Of a DNA stretch of 64,000 nucleotides, positions 12,561 through 25,525 are shown one piece after another (position 1 is the first letter of the stretch; each line of letters starts with the position of its first letter). This DNA comes from Mustelus asterias. Its lineage: Eukaryota. The stretch covers positions 47,430,001 to 47,494,000 of the forward strand of contig NC_135816.1 in the NCBI RefSeq assembly GCF_964213995.1. Direction: 5' to 3'. The notes beneath the pieces are model-generated. The model worked only from the letters and a program-made list of their open reading frames with translations, had not been told where the DNA came from and did no database searches. A program made the position numbers and the translations under genes.

Positions 12561-14059
12561 TTGAATTATAGCCATCTGAATTAGCATCTCTCTTTATTCT
12601 GGGGACTGGAATGAAATGCTGTCTGCTTCACTTCTGATCTGAAATATGTATTAAAAACATTCTGGTCTAGGGTAGAGGCGGTGTCTGAGAAGGACATCTG
12701 GTTGATGGAAGAAGGTTGCTTTTTGGGGGGTGTTGGAAGGATGAGGTGATTGTCCTACTCTTTGTCTCCCTCCCCCCCCGACATTGGCAGACCCAGATAT
12801 TATTCCTTCCAATTTCCATCATCTCTTTGACATTGTGTCTTGGTGTTATTTTGCCATTTGTTCCAATTACCTGTTTTATCATGTCTTAAATCAAAGTGAA
12901 AGTAATTGAACCTATTAATTCAAGTTTCCCCCTTAATCTGTTTTATCTTTTGGTCTCTTCTGTGAAAGGATTCCACTTGCAAGCTAGCCAATTTTGCTAT
13001 AGTTGAGTGCTTTTGTATTTTCATCTCTTTAGATTGTCAAATGACTTAAAATAAACTTGCAATCCAGGTTGAATATTTTCCCATACAGATTTCACTTGTT
13101 CAGCATCTTTGAAAATGCTCCAGCTGTTTATTGGGAAGAAGAGCCCTTGTACAGCTGTGACAGTTGAAATTTGATTCTTAGGCTGACCTAACTGGTGCCT
13201 AAGGAATGCATGTGACAAAAGCCAGGGAGGGTTCAGTACACAAGGCAAGTAAATTCTTCCCCAACCAGTTGGAAATCATTACGCTCTAGTATGCTTAATA
13301 TTTACCCATACTTGGCACAGGAATTTGGTTTAGCAACTTGTTTACCTCAAATTGTACCACACCTTTAAATAGCTATTTTGCCCTTCCCTGCATTTGAGAT
13401 ACTTATCCACCCTGATATCTGTTGAGCCTGCAGTTAATGTGATTGTGTTTTAAGGCCAGGCAAAAAAATAAACTGGACAGTGATTGAGATGCAGTAAGCA
13501 CAAGCAACATTTCCTCCAATTTCAGTGCTCCTGTTTTATTTTGGGCAGGGGTAATGTTTTGTTCAATTTAATGTTTTGCTGTTTTAGAATGGGGATTTTA
13601 AAAAAAATTAATTGCATTGATGTTTCCAGAGGGGAGATAGTTGGGAGATGAAGCATCCGGTTGTGCGCAGACAATAAGCTGGCACCCACCTCTATTCTCA
13701 AAGAATATGCCCAAAATTCAGTAATCGATAAACTGGCATAACTTTTTTTTCTTTAAAAAGCCAAGTACTCTACCATTATGCAAAGGTGGGAAGGCATTGC
13801 AAGGATACAAAAAAAAACAGGTTAAATTACCTTTCACAAGTTCTTACACAGCTTGAAAATGGGTGGGAGCTCTGCATGAATTTCTTTGTAAAATTTCATA
13901 AAGGCGTGTTGTATTGTGAACTTTCAGTCAGTCCCTTGCATGGAATTCCAGTTTGCATTAATCAGTTATGGGTTTTGCTGTATGCCAAATCTTTATCAAC
14001 TCCCACATTTGAAGACAAAATAAGAGTACTACAACTGTGAAATTACATTTCCTTTGGTT

Positions 14060-14440
14060 TTTATTCATTCCCGGCATATGGACATTACAGCTAGGCCAGC
14101 ATTTTTATTCCCTTGAAGGTAGTGAACCACTGCAGTCTGATTATAGGTACCCCTGCAATGCTGTTGGGAACAGTTCCAGGATTCCACCTGACGAAGGGGC
14201 AGCACTACCAAATAAACCTGTTGGACTTTAACCTGGTGTTGTTAAACTTCTTACTTTGCTATTAAAGACACAGGGCTAGTCCGGTTCAGTTTCTGGTCAA
14301 TGGTTTAACACCCCCCTCCCCGGCCTCAAGAATGTTAACAAGGGATTCATCAATAATGATGCTATTGAATGTGAAGGGGAGATGCCCAAGGCAGGTCTTG
14401 CTTCAGTATCTGAGTTGTGGTGAGTCATGAACAATTTTGC
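14060..14440 (-). mobile_element. Degenerate CR1/L2-superfamily LINE fragment with a Penelope-like remnant inserted at approx. 14184-14255 (+)
   Basis: GGCCAGCATTTTTATTCCCTTGAAGG tail resembles 40800-40850; the inserted CCACCTGACGAAGGGGCAGC..AAATAAACCTGTTGGACTTTAACCTGGTGTTGT resembles a shark Penelope-like terminal sequence recalled from memory. Confidence 0.5.
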
Positions 14441-15380
14441 CACTGGAAATTTTATTTCTCAATCCATGTCTGCCTATGCTAGCTTTTTGCAACATCAAAC
14501 AAAGCCCCAAGAACTTAATTGCAAGTGATCAACATATTCAATGTTAATTGTCCCTTGACTGAGATGAAGGTATCCTAACATACAAATTAGATTTATCCTA
14601 CTAGAAAATTAAACAAAACTACTTGAGTGGTCTTGTGTAAAAAGTTGGAATGTGTTTACCGCTGTGATAGTTACTCTTAGGATAGATAGGCACACACTTG
14701 TGCCTTTCTGAAGATAATTGATTAATAGCTCTTGGAACTCCAGCTTGCTAGGCTGTACATTCATTTGGCACAGTACGTCCTATAGGTACTTTGAATCAAC
14801 TACTTCCATCTGTGGACAGATTTTTGTCTGTGGAAGTGCTGTGCAAATTATTCACTGCCTTTCCTTGAATTGTTTTTAAACATGATCCTGCTACTTCTAC
14901 TATCTATCCACTACTAAGTGGAACAGGTTTTATTCACCTACTTCCTGAAGAATATGGAATTTCTGTTCCAATTTATCTGGCAACTGTTCAATTTATTTTT
15001 AAAAAAAACAAGATTTGGTCTGTCAATTTGTACTTTTGCAGCATAACAAGGTCTCGTAATATGATCAGTTGAGCTCTCCATCCTCCACATTTTCCATGGT
15101 TTCATTTTTCACCACTAGTACTGCATCACCTATCATTTGTTTTAACTGTTAATTCTTGTACTGACTTAATTCAAGTCGGAGAACATTCCCACCCTCAATT
15201 GGTACCTGCCATGTTCAAGTGAACAATCAGTACAAAGCCCAGGCCCTAGATTTTTGATTGTACCTGAGGTTGTGCTGGATTTTGGGTTGGGTGAGACCTA
15301 CACTTTCCCATGAGGGGAAATAGCCCCTTAAGAATATTATATGTTCATACCTCATTCTTCTAAATTCTAATGAGTATTGA

Positions 15381-15846
15381 GACTTGAGAAAGGATATACT
15401 GGCACTGGAGGGGGTGCAGAGGAGATTCACTAGGCTGATTCCAGAGTTGAGGGGGTTGGCTTATGAGGAGAGACAGGCTATACTCATTGGAATTCAGAAG
15501 AATGAGATTTTATAGAAACATAATTGTTTCCACTGGCGGGTGAAACTAGAACTAGGGTGCATAGCCTCAAAATAAGGGGAAGCAGATTTAGGACTGAGTT
15601 GAGGAGGAACTTCTTCACACAAAGGATTGTGAATCTGTGAAATTCCCTGCCCAGTGAAGCAGTTGAGGCTACCTCATTGTTTTTAAGGCAAGGATAGATA
15701 CATTTTTGAACAGGAAAGGAATTGAGGGTTATGGTGAGCGGGCAGGTAAGTGGAGCTGAGTCCATGAAAAGATCAGCCATGATCTTATTGAATGGCAGAG
15801 CAGGCTCAAGGGGCCAGATGGCCTACTCCTGCTCCTAGTTATGTTC
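15381..15846 (+). mobile_element. 5'-truncated CR1 LINE inserted into an older minus-strand CR1 (approx. 15300-16270)
   Basis: Closely similar to 24030-24540; the flanking minus-strand CR1 sequence is continuous across the insertion. Confidence 0.85.
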
Positions 15847-16383
15847 CAGTCACAACCTGTTTAACCTTTCCTCATAAGACAATCCTTCCAGACTGGATCA
15901 TCCTAGTGAACCTTCTCCAAACTGCCTCCAATGTAATCTCTTTCCTTACATAAGGGACCAAAACTGCTCACAGTACTCCAGATGTGGTCTCACCAGTACC
16001 TTGTACAGTTGCAGCAAAACTTCCCTACCTCTATTTTTCAACCCCCTTGAAATAAGGGCTGATATTTCATTAGCCTTCCTGATTACCTGCTGCCACTACA
16101 AGCTAGCTTTCTGTGTTTCATACACAAGTACCCCCAATTCACTGTTGCAATTTTTCTCTTCCAAAATGATCAATTTCCCATATTATACTCCACTTACTTA
16201 TCAATATCTTTGTGAATTGTTTGTATCCCTCAACTTGCCTTTCCACCTATTTTTGTGTCATCTGCAAATTTGACTGCAGTACATTTGCTTCCTTTCTCCA
16301 AGCCAGTGGGGAGAGGTGTTTTGAATTGTATACAATCAGTCACTACTTTATTTTTATTCATCACATTTTATGTATCGTGTGCT

Positions 16384-16722
16384 ATGGCTCAGTTGATAAG
16401 ACTCTTTCCTGAGTCAGAAGGTTCTAGATTCAAGTCCCTTTCTATGACTCGAGTACAAACCTCAGCTACCATTCTGGGACATGCTGTTTATCTGAGATAA
16501 CCTGAGGCTGTCTTCAAGTCGTTGCAAAGAACAAGGTTGTTATCCTTGATATCCTGGCCAACATAAATCCTTCCTCCAATATTGTTAAAACTTATGTGGT
16601 CAGTTGTCACATGGCTATTTGTTGGAGCTTGCATTTCCTACATTTCAACAGTGACAATACTTTGGCTGTAAAGTGCTTCCAGATGGCCCCGTGGTCATAT
16701 CTGCTTTATAAATGCAAGTCTT
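16384..16722 (+). mobile_element. Old tRNA-head Deu-type SINE (SacSINE1-like)
   Basis: A box TGGCTCAGTTGA, B box ATTCAAGTCC, central ATCCTGGCCAACAT, tail TATAAATGCAAGTCTT; related copies near 31176-31480 (+) and 28525-28830 (-); family name from memory. Confidence 0.65.
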
Positions 16723-17639
16723 ATACTTTGCTCCACTCTTATTTGGCTTCTACTGTAAGCAGTATTCTTTTCACCAGGAAAATGACAAGGGAACTGAAAA
16801 ATGAACATTACAATATCAGTGAAGATCATGACAGGGGCTTCTGGTTTCCTGCAAATACCAGTCATATGCTCAATGAAAAAACTAGCAGTTTCTAACAATT
16901 AGCAACGGTTAATTTTTTTATAGAACACAATTCAAATTACTATAACTTTTACTCTTACGCAGAGCATGTTTGACACTTTACAGCACTCAAGTTACTTTTA
17001 CTATTGAACTAAACTATCAAAACTGTCTGCTGGATGAAATGCTAAGTTGAGACCATGTACTTTTGTAGGTGAATATAAAAGATGCCATTGCACCATTTTA
17101 AGTGACAGAATTTTCCTGGTGTAGCTGCAGACTCTGAAATTCCAACAAAAACAGTAAGCAATGGAGGCACTTGATAGAAATGATTACCTGTCATCTGACT
17201 TATTTAAATAGATACTACCCAACCTGCGGAGTTTAATTGATGTCAAGCTAATATTTTTATCCCACTTCTAGTACTGCTGGAAAACAAATGTAATTGCAAT
17301 GCTTTGTGCCGAGTAATAATTGTATTTGCGAGCTTAAAAACAGCAACTTACTTGAAATAATTTACTGGATGCAAATTATTTGGGATTGTTGTGAATGTAA
17401 TGAAAATATGCAAATATAAACTGGGAAAAACCCCAGGGTCTTTAGAGTCAGTTAACTTGGTAGGTGTAGTACATGTGGTTCATAGACAAAGGAAGTGATG
17501 GGTTACTGGAAACTAGAGGTTTTTTAAAAAATGAGGCTATTTGAGGGGAAGGTGATGGCCTCGTGGTATTACCTTTAGAATATTAATCCATAAACTCAGC
17601 GAATATTCTGGGGACCTGGGTTCAAATCCCGCCACAAGT

Positions 17640-18660
17640 GTTGGGGCCTCAACTATTAAGGATCTATATTAATGTCTATGACGAAGAGACCAAGTAATGT
17701 ATCTAAGTTTGCTGATGATGCAAAGCTTGGTTTTAAAAAAGTCTTCTGCTGAGATATAGACAATGATGAACAATTGTTTTCTGTACTGGATGAAGGTTTC
17801 CCAGAGTAGGTATAGGACTACTGCTTTTCTTGATCTATAATAATCCAGACTTGAGTATACAGGGCACAGTTTCAAAATTTGCAGAGGTCAGAAAACTTGG
17901 AAGTATTGTGAACTGAGAAAGATGGTGATTGACTTTGAGCTGACATAGGCTGGTGAAATCAGCAGAGACACAGATTAAATTTAATGCAAAGAATTTTGAA
18001 ATGATGCATTTTGGTAGGATAGAAAGAACTATAAAAGGATACAAATCTAAAATGGGTGGAAGAGCAGAGGAATCTGGGGTATACATGCATAATCATTGAA
18101 GCTGGCAGGGCGGGTTGAGAAAGCAGTTAATAAACCAGACAGAATTGTAAAGACATGGTGTACAAATGGAAAATAAGTTATGAACTGAGTACTGTAGGAA
18201 GGATGTGAAGGCAAGTATAATTTTAAGGGTGAGATACTTCAGTTATGAGGGTAGATTGGAGAAGCTGGGACTGTTCGCTCTTTGAGATGGATGAGAGGAT
18301 ATTTGATAGAGGCATTCAAAATCATGAAGTATCTGGAGAAAGAAGATAGAGGGGAAATGTTCCCATTGGCAGAAGAATCACAAGAATTTTTTTTTTGCCA
18401 GTCACTTTTACTCATTGGTACCAAAGCAAAATCCTTTTATGTCGCAGTAACTGGGATCCAGAACGCATTGCCTGAGAATGTGGTAGAGGCCAATTCAATG
18501 GTGCCTTTAAGGAGGGAATTGGATTATTCTTCACCAGAATACAATTGCTGGGCTACAGAGAAAAGACAGGAATGATACAAACCGAGTTACTCAGAGAGCC
18601 AGCATGAACACAATGGGCTGAGTGGCCTCCTTTTGTACTATCGCTATTCTATGATTCAAA
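17640..18660 (+). mobile_element. Degenerate CR1 LINE
   Basis: AAGTTTGCTGATGAT (FADD), AAAATTTGCAGA, RGYLIEAFKIMK-type translation and a tail ending ATTCTATGATTC. Confidence 0.75.
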
Positions 18661-19589
18661 TGACTATCAATGATTCTAATGACCATCAAACTAATTGATA
18701 CAAATCATAGCTTGCTCTTCCTTATGGATAAACCTATCGCCTGATACAGCACCCAAACAGACCAGGCTCAGGCACACACATCCCAATAAATTAAGTGACA
18801 CTTTGCAGAGAAAATTCTCAATGTAGATTAGCCCCTGGAAGGATATGCTTAGTCTGGTGACCACAAATGGGCAACGAATTTTTGGTTAACCAGTGGTACT
18901 TCTTGAGCTGATTTTATTTTAGATACGCCTCAATGATTGGTTAGTCGGTGTTGGAGGCAGCATTGACACGTTAGTCCGCTTTGAGGTCAAGTCTTAAACA
19001 CTACCCACAGTGTTGACACTTTAGCGAAGGTTCATAACCACGGTTCCTGGACCCTGCACAGGGACCAATTTTCAGTGAATTAAAGACTGTGTAAACTATT
19101 CTATAAGATGAACAGCTCTGTTCCATCACATATCTTGTGATTTACTACATACAGCAAGACCCATTCTTTGCATCATGGCACTTTTGAAGTAGATGCACTA
19201 TTTACTAAGCATAACTGACAGCCTTATCTGCATTTAAGAACTAAAAAGGATAAAGGGAAGACTCAATGACCCATATACATTCTCATTCAAAACTTGGTCA
19301 TATTTAGAGACAACTAAGGATCTACTGGCAGGCCATGTTCATTTTCAGCACACAACTGATCATAAAAATGTCAAATGTGAATTGTAGCCACTGGTTGAGC
19401 TCTTATATTGTCTTGATGGAATTGGGGTATAGTTAAACGTTTCCTTGCCATTTCTTCCCCTTTTAAAAGCAAAGTCTTGCCAGGTAGTTAATTATAAACA
19501 TGGATTCAGACAGCACTATATTTAAAACTCAATAACAAACTACAGACACAACTAATTTTGAACAGCAAGAGTTGTAATTTTAAGATAAC

Positions 19590-19876
19590 AGAATTCCTAC
19601 AGTGCATAAGGGGGCCATTCAGCATCTTTAACCAGGCCCACTCCACATATTTACCTGACTAATCTCCCTAACCTACACATCTTGGGACACTAAGAGGTAA
19701 TTTAGCATAGCCAATCCACCTAACCTACACACCTTTGGAGTGTGGGAGGAAACCGGAGCACCTAGAGGAAACCCATGCAGACACAGGGAGAACGTGCGAA
19801 CTCCAACATCCAAGGCTGGAGTCGAACCTAGATCTCTGGTGCTGTGAGGCAGCAGAGCTAACCACCGTGCTACCCC
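19590..19876 (-). mobile_element. HE1-like SINE
   Basis: Reverse complement of the same head, body and CR1 tail seen at 57007-57360. Confidence 0.9.
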
Positions 19877-20083
19877 ATAAAATATATACTTCACACTATG
19901 CTTTTTAAAACAACTAAACTAACTATTTTCTCCTTAATGAATTTCTTATATCTATTTAATCCTGCTCACAAAGAACTTCCAAAAATTACTTTCATCTGTG
20001 TTCAATGTCCGAAAGCGGTTGAGATTCCTGAATGGAGAAGATGCAACACATTTTCCAAAGCAGTATGGAAGAAAGCATTGCAT

Positions 20084-20124
20084 TTTATTCTAGATAGTAA
20101 ACTTTAATCATTAGTAATTTTATT
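20084..20124 (-). terminator. Candidate HIGD2A poly(A) signals
   Basis: Two minus-strand AATAAA (plus-strand TTTATT at 20119-20124 and 20084-20089), approx. 0.8 kb past the stop. Confidence 0.5.
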
Positions 20125-20908
20125 TCCATTGCAACATCTCAAACATCTATTTCAAAACCATTCTTGAAGCACATTTCAATATGATGAAGATTGAACTACA
20201 AAATAAATGTTATCTAAGATACATTATGGGGTCTTAAAAAAGTTCTCAGACATTTAGGATGTGTGCAAGCTATTACCAGAAGTATTAAATTAAAAGGAGT
20301 TTGCTACTCATCAGCTTGGTCTTATTACAGCCTTTATACTGATGCTATGTGTTTTTCTTTTAGAAAGTGCAGCACATTGGCAGCAGGAAGCCTATACTTC
20401 TTGACAAGACAAAACCAAACCTCAGTTGTGAAAAGTGCAGAAGGGTGGGAGCCTGGCATTTCTCCACAGGATGAATCAGAAACAGCAAGTCATCTCAGGC
20501 ACAGATTAGCAAAGGTGTGGGGCTGAAATTTACTCGCTCAATGTCAAGATCGGTGAATTGCGCATGGCAAAATAAAGTGCACATGGAAATGGGAGAGAAT
20601 GTGAAACAAGCTTTGGAATCTTGGCCTCGTCACAAATCCGCTCTATTAGGATTTTTTTGCCACAGAAAAATCAAGTTATAGTGTAGCCAACATTGTTCAT
20701 ATTGAAATACGTTTGGTACTTGAAACTCCTTAAAATCGAGTTGTCACCAGAAAGTTGAATGCTGAAATTGTATTCCTGGAGTAAGTTTCAATCACTTTCA
20801 TGTTTCAGTTATTAGAAAGGATTTACAAAGTAACTTCCTCCATTTGCTATTTTGAATTTGCCAGTTTCAGATGCTCCTGTACAAACTCCAACAGTGCAGA
20901 AGATTCAC

Positions 20909-21075
20909 TTATTTCTTCTGTTTCACTGCAGTAACTACCACACCCACTAAGATAGCAGCAACAGTGAAACCTTGGGCAAAGATACGTGCTCGCATTAGCA
21001 GCTGAGATTGTCGTGTCTTGCCATGTTTGAAAGCGATCAAACCATAGGTAAGAGCACCTGCTGTGCCGAGCATCC
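20909..21075 (-). CDS. HIGD2A: HIG1 domain family member 2A, exon 2
   Basis: Polypyrimidine tract then tatag|GG ATG CTC..; (G)MLGTAGALTYGLIAFKHGKTRQSQLLMRARIFAQGFTVAAILVGVVVTAVKQKK*; type-2 HIG1 QRRQ motif Q-x3-R-x-R-x3-Q present. Confidence 0.97.
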
Positions 21076-21648
21076 CTATAAAAAAGAAAAAAAATTCATT
21101 ATTCATCTTGAAACATTTAAAACTAAAGACCAAGATATTTCAAACTTTAGTTTTGTACATGGAGCCTTAGGAATTAAAAGTTAAAATTGTGTTCCTGTGA
21201 ATTTGCAGAAATCTCAAGCTGTTGACGTCACCAGATCCTGATGTTTTGTTTTAAGCTTTGACCTTAATGAGACAGCAGTGTAAAATATACCCTTTGTAAA
21301 TCTCCACGGTCATCAAATATAAGATAAATAACCAGCAAATCCCAACTAGAACATAATTATCTGGCTTTTTTTTAAGGTGGCTCTCAATTTTGACATCTTG
21401 GTTTACATTATTTCACCAACAAAATATTACTTTTCACCAGTTAAACACTGCATTAAAGTCAAATTTGAAGTGTAACTTGACAATTCAACTGCTTTCTCAG
21501 GATAAAATAAGCCATTTGGACAAATGAGGAATAATTAAGGAAAGCCAGTATGGATTTATCAAGAGCAGAATGTGTCAAGTTGACTTGATTGAGTTTTTTT
21601 TGTTTGAGATGGGGTTGATGAGAATAATGCAGCGGATGTGGTATACAT

Positions 21649-21787
21649 GGGCTGAAATTCTCCAGTCTCGCCTGCCGTAGGAATCGTAGCAGACAAGACA
21701 GAAAATTTGGTGGACCATTCAACGGTCCATTGAGATTGGGGTGGGAATTTACAGTCTTGGGGTGCACACGCCCAAAGAATCCTGCTC
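21649..21787. mobile_element. ~135-bp MITE-like element (copy 1)
   Basis: Interrupts CR1 ..TACATG|GATTTCC.. with duplication of CATG/ATG; imperfect TIRs; homologous to 32506-32634 and 57628-57756. Confidence 0.65.
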
Positions 21788-21921
21788 ATGGATTTCCAAA
21801 AGGCGTTTCGTAAAGTGCCACATAACAGATTTATCAGCAAAGTTGAAGCCCATGAAATAAAAGGGATGATAGCAGCATGGACATGAAGTTGACTGAGTAA
21901 CGGAAAAGAGAGATTAAAGTT

Positions 21922-22195
21922 AAAAGTTTATTTATTAGTCACAGGTAAGGCTTACATTAACACTGAAATAAAGTTACTGTGAAATTCTCCTTGTCACCAC
22001 AGTCTGGTGCCTGTCCGGGTCAACGCACCTAACCAGCCCATCTTTCAGACTGTGGGAGGAAACCAGAGCACCTAGAGGAACCTTATGCAGACACAGGGAG
22101 AATGTGCAAACTCCACACAGACGGTGATCCAAGCCAGGAATCGAACCTGGATCCCTGGCGCTGTGAGGCAGCAGTGTTAACCACTGTGCCGCCCC
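21922..22195 (-). mobile_element. SINE with HE1-type head and an alternative (non-CR1) tail
   Basis: Same head as HE1, but tail ..CACAGTAACTT..AGTGTTAATGTAAGCCT..CTAATAAATAAACTT; same type as 30056-30348 and 43390-43669. Confidence 0.85.
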
Positions 22196-23444
22196 TAGTA
22201 TGAGTAGATTAGTAGTGATTGGTTGTTTTCTGGACTGAACAAAGCTTTTTGGTGAGGTTCTCCAAGGTTCGGTGAGACGGCTGCTTTTCTTGATCTATGT
22301 TAATGATCAAAAAACCCAGGTATACGGGGCACAATTTCAAAATGTGTGGATGGTAGAAAACTTGGAATAGTCACATTCTTCAAAAGGACATAGAATCTGG
22401 ATTTAGAAGAGGTGGAATTTGATAGCAGGTCACAAAATCGAATGCAGAGAAGTGTGAAATGATACATTATGATAGTAAGAACAAGGAGAGGCAATTTGAA
22501 ACAAAGGATGCAATTCTAAAGGGGTTGCAGGAGCAGAGGGAGTTACATGCACAAAGTGTTGAAGATGGCACCTTTTAAAGTGGTTTTGGACTCTAAATAG
22601 ACACCAAAGAATACAAAAGCAAGGAAATCTACATGAACCTTTATAAACACTGCTTCGGCCTCAATTGGAGTAATGCCCAATTCTGGGATGTGAAAACTTT
22701 AGAAAAAGAAAAGATTTTGAAGGATGGTTATAGAGCTGAAGCACTTCAGTAACGTGGTTATTTAAAAAAAACTGAGGCTGTTCTCCTTAGAGAAGGTTGA
22801 GAGAAGATTTAACAGAAATGTTCAAAATCATGAGGGACGTGGACAGAATAGATAGAAAGCGTTCCCACTGGTGGAAAATTGATGAGAAGTAGAGAATACT
22901 GATTTAAGGTAATTGGCAAAAGAACCAGAAGTGAGTTTTTATGCAGCAACTGGTTAAGATCTGGAATGCACTGGAGGAAGACTCAATTGTGGATTTCAAA
23001 AGGAAATTGGATAATTGCAAGGTTACAGGAGAAAATGTAGGAGAATGGGACTAGCCGATTTGTCGTGCAGGGAGCCAGCAAAGGCACAACAGACTGAATG
23101 GTCTCCTATATTGTAACCATTCTATGATTCTCTGATAGGTTTTGGTGGATTGGGCACGGTATGACGGTGGGACATTACTGTCTTGAGTATGAATTAACGT
23201 TGATGTGTTGTGATTGTATCGTTGATGTGTTGTGATTTTCTTTTTGCTCAACATAATAGTCTGACCACTAAACTCCTATAATGAACTAAAGAGCACCATA
23301 TAATAACATTTTATATCATCGGGATCCTGAACAATAATTAATTTAACACCATTCATCACTGTGGTTAACAATAGTGATTAAATTAGGCTAAATTTTTCCA
23401 GTCATATCTGCAGGGTGATGATTTTGCTCCTCAGAGTAGCACCA

Positions 23445-24785
23445 AAATGGAGTTGGGGGTAAAGTGTTAGCATGGATTGAGGATTGCTATCTAACAGGAA
23501 GCAGAGAGTTGGAATAAATGGGTGCTTTTCTGGTTGGCAGTTGGTGACTAGCGGCGTGCCGCAGAGATCGGTGCTGGGGCCTCAACTGTTTACCATGTAC
23601 ATAGACGATCTGGAGGAGGGGACCGAGTGTAGGTAACAAAGTTTGCAGATGATACAAAGATGAGTGGGAAAGCAAATTACGTGGAGGATGCGGAAAGTCT
23701 GCAGAGAGATTTGGATAGGCTAAGTGAGTGGGCGAGGATCTGGCAAATGGAGTATAACGTTGACAAGTGTGAGGTTATCCACTTTGGAAGGAATAATAGT
23801 AAAATGGACTATTATTTAAATGGTGAAAAATTACAACATGCTACTGTGCAGAGGGACCTGGGGGTCCTTGTGCATGAATCGCAAAAACTCAGTTTGCAGG
23901 TGATCAAGAAGTCAAATGGAATGTTGGCCTTTATCGCGAAGGGGATGAAGTATAAAAGCAGGGAAGTCTTGCTGCAATTGTACAAGGTACTGGTAAGGCC
24001 GCAACTGGAGTAGTGTGTGCAATTTTGGTCCCCTTATTTGCGGAAGGATGTATTGGCCTTGGAGGGAGTACAGAGAAGGTTCACCAGGTTGATACCGGAG
24101 ATGAGGGGATTAGCTTATGAGGAGAGATTGAGTAGATTGGGCCTGTACTCATTGGAGCTTAGAAGGTTGAGGGGAGATCTCATAGAGACATATAAGATAA
24201 TGAAGGGGCTAGACAGGGTAGAGGCAGAGAGATTCTTTCCACTTAGAAAGCAAACAAGAACTAGAGGACACAGCCTCAAAATAAGGGGGAGTCAGTTTAG
24301 GACAGAGTTAAGGAGGAACTTCTTCTCTGAGGGTAGTAAATCTCTGGAATTCTCTGCCCATTGAAGCAGTGGAGGCTACCTCGTTAAATATGTTTAAGTC
24401 ACAGGTAGATAGATTTCTGAACAATAAGGGAATTAAGGGTTATGGGGAGCGGGCGGGTAAGTGGAACTAAACCACTATCAGATCAGCCATGATCTTATTG
24501 AATGGCGGGGCAGGCTCGAGGGGCGAGATGGCCTACTCCTTGTGGTGAACCGCTGTAGTATTGTCTGTTTGTGTGATATGCCTGGACACCCCCCTGCTGC
24601 CTCAATCCAGGACTCCACCATTCTCTGGGTATAAAGGCGACTGCTCTCCGCCCCTTTTGTCTCAGTTCGGATTAACTATCGGTTCGGGTGTGCTCCAATT
24701 CTTTCGTAAATAAAAGCCTGTTATTTCGCAACAACGAGTCTTTGCGTAATCAATGGTGCATCACTCCTATTTCTTATGTTCTTAA
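23445..24785 (+). mobile_element. Relatively young 5'-truncated CR1 LINE
   Basis: ORFs 23660..24013 and 24017..24364 give CR1 ORF2 RT/C-terminus (SLQRDLDRLSEWARIWQMEYNVDKCEVIHFG..LRGDLIETYKIMKG); the 3' tail is split by a solo LTR. Confidence 0.95.
24541..24763 (+). mobile_element. Solo LTR (223 bp) with 5-bp TSD
   Basis: TG..CA termini (TGTGGTGAACC..GGTGCATCA), perfect TSD CTCCT at 24536-24540 and 24764-24768, TATAAA 24630-24635, AATAAA 24709-24714. Confidence 0.88.
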
Positions 24786-25374
24786 AATTAAGACTATTGA
24801 ACTGTACAAATTTGTATTTGAACAGACGAAGGAAAGTGACAGCACTTTTCACTTGTATACAGTGCAAAGGAAAATCACCAATACGTTAAAAAAAGTTACG
24901 GAAGTAATTATTTTCTTTACAATTTTAACAGTAATACAGTTTTCGGGACATAATGAAAAGTTAATAAACGCAATATCTGATTATCAGTATTTATCTTCAC
25001 TCTTGAACAACAGCTCCACATACCAAGTGAAGTGCTGTTTAAAAGTGCACAACCAACATTGACAAACTGAATGTTAACTCCTTTCATTACCGGACTCTCA
25101 CCTTCTTTGCCCTCTTTTTAGGTCAAACCAAATAAACAAACTCAGATTAAGTCAGGACAAAGTAAAAGGGGCAGCTCCCCAAAAGGAGGGGGAACAGCCT
25201 GAACAGAAATCAAAGTACAAAAGAAACTTAAAACATCAAATTAAAATGTGATTGTCAGGGTCAATAACGCACCCCCTCCTTCGGTGAATTATGATTTCAA
25301 TCGGCCCTTTCCCCCCCCCCTCTCCCAAAGTCATGACCCGATAACTTTCACTTAGTCCCTGGGGCCCCACTCAC

Positions 25375-25525
25375 CGATTGGCACAAACGGATTTTCCTTC
25401 GTTTTCCTGATAAACTTGTCCCGAAACGCTTCTTCATTGAGTCTGGCCGCCGGGGCAAAACCGTCGATATTGGGCGGCTTCGTCAAATCCAGCACCGAAG
25501 CTGCAGAAAACCGCTTCGCCGCCAT
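25375..25525 (-). CDS. HIGD2A: HIG1 domain family member 2A, exon 1 coding part (151 nt)
   Basis: ATG at 25525; MAAKRFSAASVLDLTKPPNIDGFAPAARLNEEAFRDKFIRKTKENPFVPI(G)|gtgagt; phase 1 joins exon 2; total 105 aa. Confidence 0.95.

Larger units (their letters stand above)
21490..23130 (+). mobile_element. Degenerate CR1 LINE in the HIGD2A intron, carrying MITE and SINE insertions
   Basis: RT-domain remnants (GATGTGGTATACATGGATTTCCAAAAGGCG = DVVYMDFQKA, split by a MITE) through to a tail ending CCATTCTATGATTCT. Confidence 0.8.
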
